DNA of 63,322 nt, filler included, from Rhabdomonas costata (Eukaryota): NCBI GenBank assembly GCA_019059605.1. It is 49 parts of 49 records of this genome, joined end to end, with 100 filler letters (N's around TTAATTAATTAA, not from the genome) between each part and the next. Parts side by side here need not be neighbours in the genome. Positions count along the whole stretch, not along the records: positions 62,129 to 63,322 come from JAHMHO010024147.1; 48 more parts are not named here. One strand, given 5' to 3'. A program made the translations under genes and the position numbers. The notes under the pieces are model-generated. The model was not told where the DNA came from. It saw only the letters and a program-made list of their open reading frames with translations, and ran no database searches. The first letter of the stretch is position 1. Each line of letters starts with the position of its first letter. Of the stretch, positions 62,311 to 63,322 are shown in pieces.

Positions 62311-63322
62311 ACCAGTAGTACCGTGGTACCCCCCAGTTGTAATCAAAGCGGGATCAGTTTCATTGTTATGATCCCAGGGCGCCGAAGACGGAAAGTTCCT
62401 TTCGAAAAACAGGAGAGGACAAGTACAGCGAAGATCGGAAACCCGCGAGAAAGGGGTCCTCAGTTGGAGAATGGCGCACACGCTGTTCCCTGCACAGTCA
62501 GGATTATGCAGGCAAAGGGCCTAGTTTATTTGGGTTACACTGGAGTTGCTTATCCGCTTTCGATATTGGTCATATGTAGATGCATCCTCGGTGGTCCCCA
62601 GCACCCAAAGAAATACAACACCCCGTGCGTTCTTCTGGGATTTTGAAGGAGATCGAACTTCTTTCATGAAAAGCATTGCCTTGAAACGGAAATGGTCGCT
62701 CAAGTTAAACTGCACACTGAACCCAACGTCACAATCCAGCTCTTTGTCTGCTTCAGGAAGAGAACGAAGTGCTTTTCCCGCCGCTGTCGCGGTTTCTGGT
62801 GAAGGAGGTGGAGAAGGTATTCCCTGACATCCCGGACAAGGTCACCCTGGTGTACCTCAGCAGCGGCCCACTTTCAGATGGCGACCCCGTCTTACTAATC
62901 CGAAATGCGCAGCCTCAGTAAAATGGGCTCTTTTCGTCCTTTTGAGTCCTCCGTACGGATCTGAGGGACACACACCATCATACAGACTCCATGTGCAGAT
63001 TTCTGGGGTTGTGCAGCTGGTGTTTTGCCAGGTGTTTTTTGTTTTCTGAAGGCTTCCTCGGTGAACGTCCATATCGTGTTCATCACTTTGCATATCTCGC
63101 ACGCATCTTTGAGTGCCTTGCACCGGAAGGATGGTTGAGTCTTACCTGTGGTGGGGGCGCTTCAGAAAGCCCTCTCGCGCTGGCACACACAAGACTTTTT
63201 CCGGATTCTGTTTGTGTTTTTCTGCGCTCGTGTGGTGCAGTGTGCCGCTGGTGTTGCCGCCGGCTTGGATTTCCTAGTTGTTGGACGTGTGAAAATCCAA
63301 GCCGGCGGCAACACCACCCACA

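Noticed and set aside
1..63322. Gene neighbourhood or operon-like system among ART, Cache, cyclase and kinase fragments
   Set aside because: The contigs appear concatenated by length, so adjacency carries no biological information.

Overview
This window is not contiguous genome. It is 49 unrelated short contigs (about 1.19-1.21 kb each, mostly 1,193-1,195 bp, so probably size-sorted) joined by 48 artificial 100-bp linkers (N44-TTAATTAATTAA-N44). Most contigs start with G/T-only bases and end with A/C-only bases, and nine ends carry fold-back inversions, which points to primer-based whole-genome amplification. The DNA is mostly from an intron-rich eukaryote, probably a protist (taxon not determinable by eye). 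It has short GC3-rich exons and GT-AG introns with loose splice consensus, so the six-frame ORF track is largely uninformative. Reading exons by hand gives fragments of: a fatty-acid elongase, Dopey, an Lnt/CN-hydrolase-like protein, a DEAH helicase, an isocitrate/isopropylmalate dehydrogenase family protein, an importin-like protein, a DUF829-like protein, an alkaline-phosphatase-superfamily protein, two kinases, a WD40 protein, SF3B1, eIF3b, SMU1, DNA ligase I, a class III nucleotide cyclase and a beta-helix protein. There is also an intronless animal-type UGT, a decayed Gypsy-like LTR element with an initiator-tRNA-Met primer-binding site, and non-LTR remnants. The best candidates for new biology are a spliced gene joining a single transmembrane helix to a cytoplasmic ADP-ribosyltransferase-like domain (receptor-like ART) and two paralogous Cys-containing Cache-domain receptor fragments sharing an intron position. 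All protein calls come from motif recognition by eye, not database searches.
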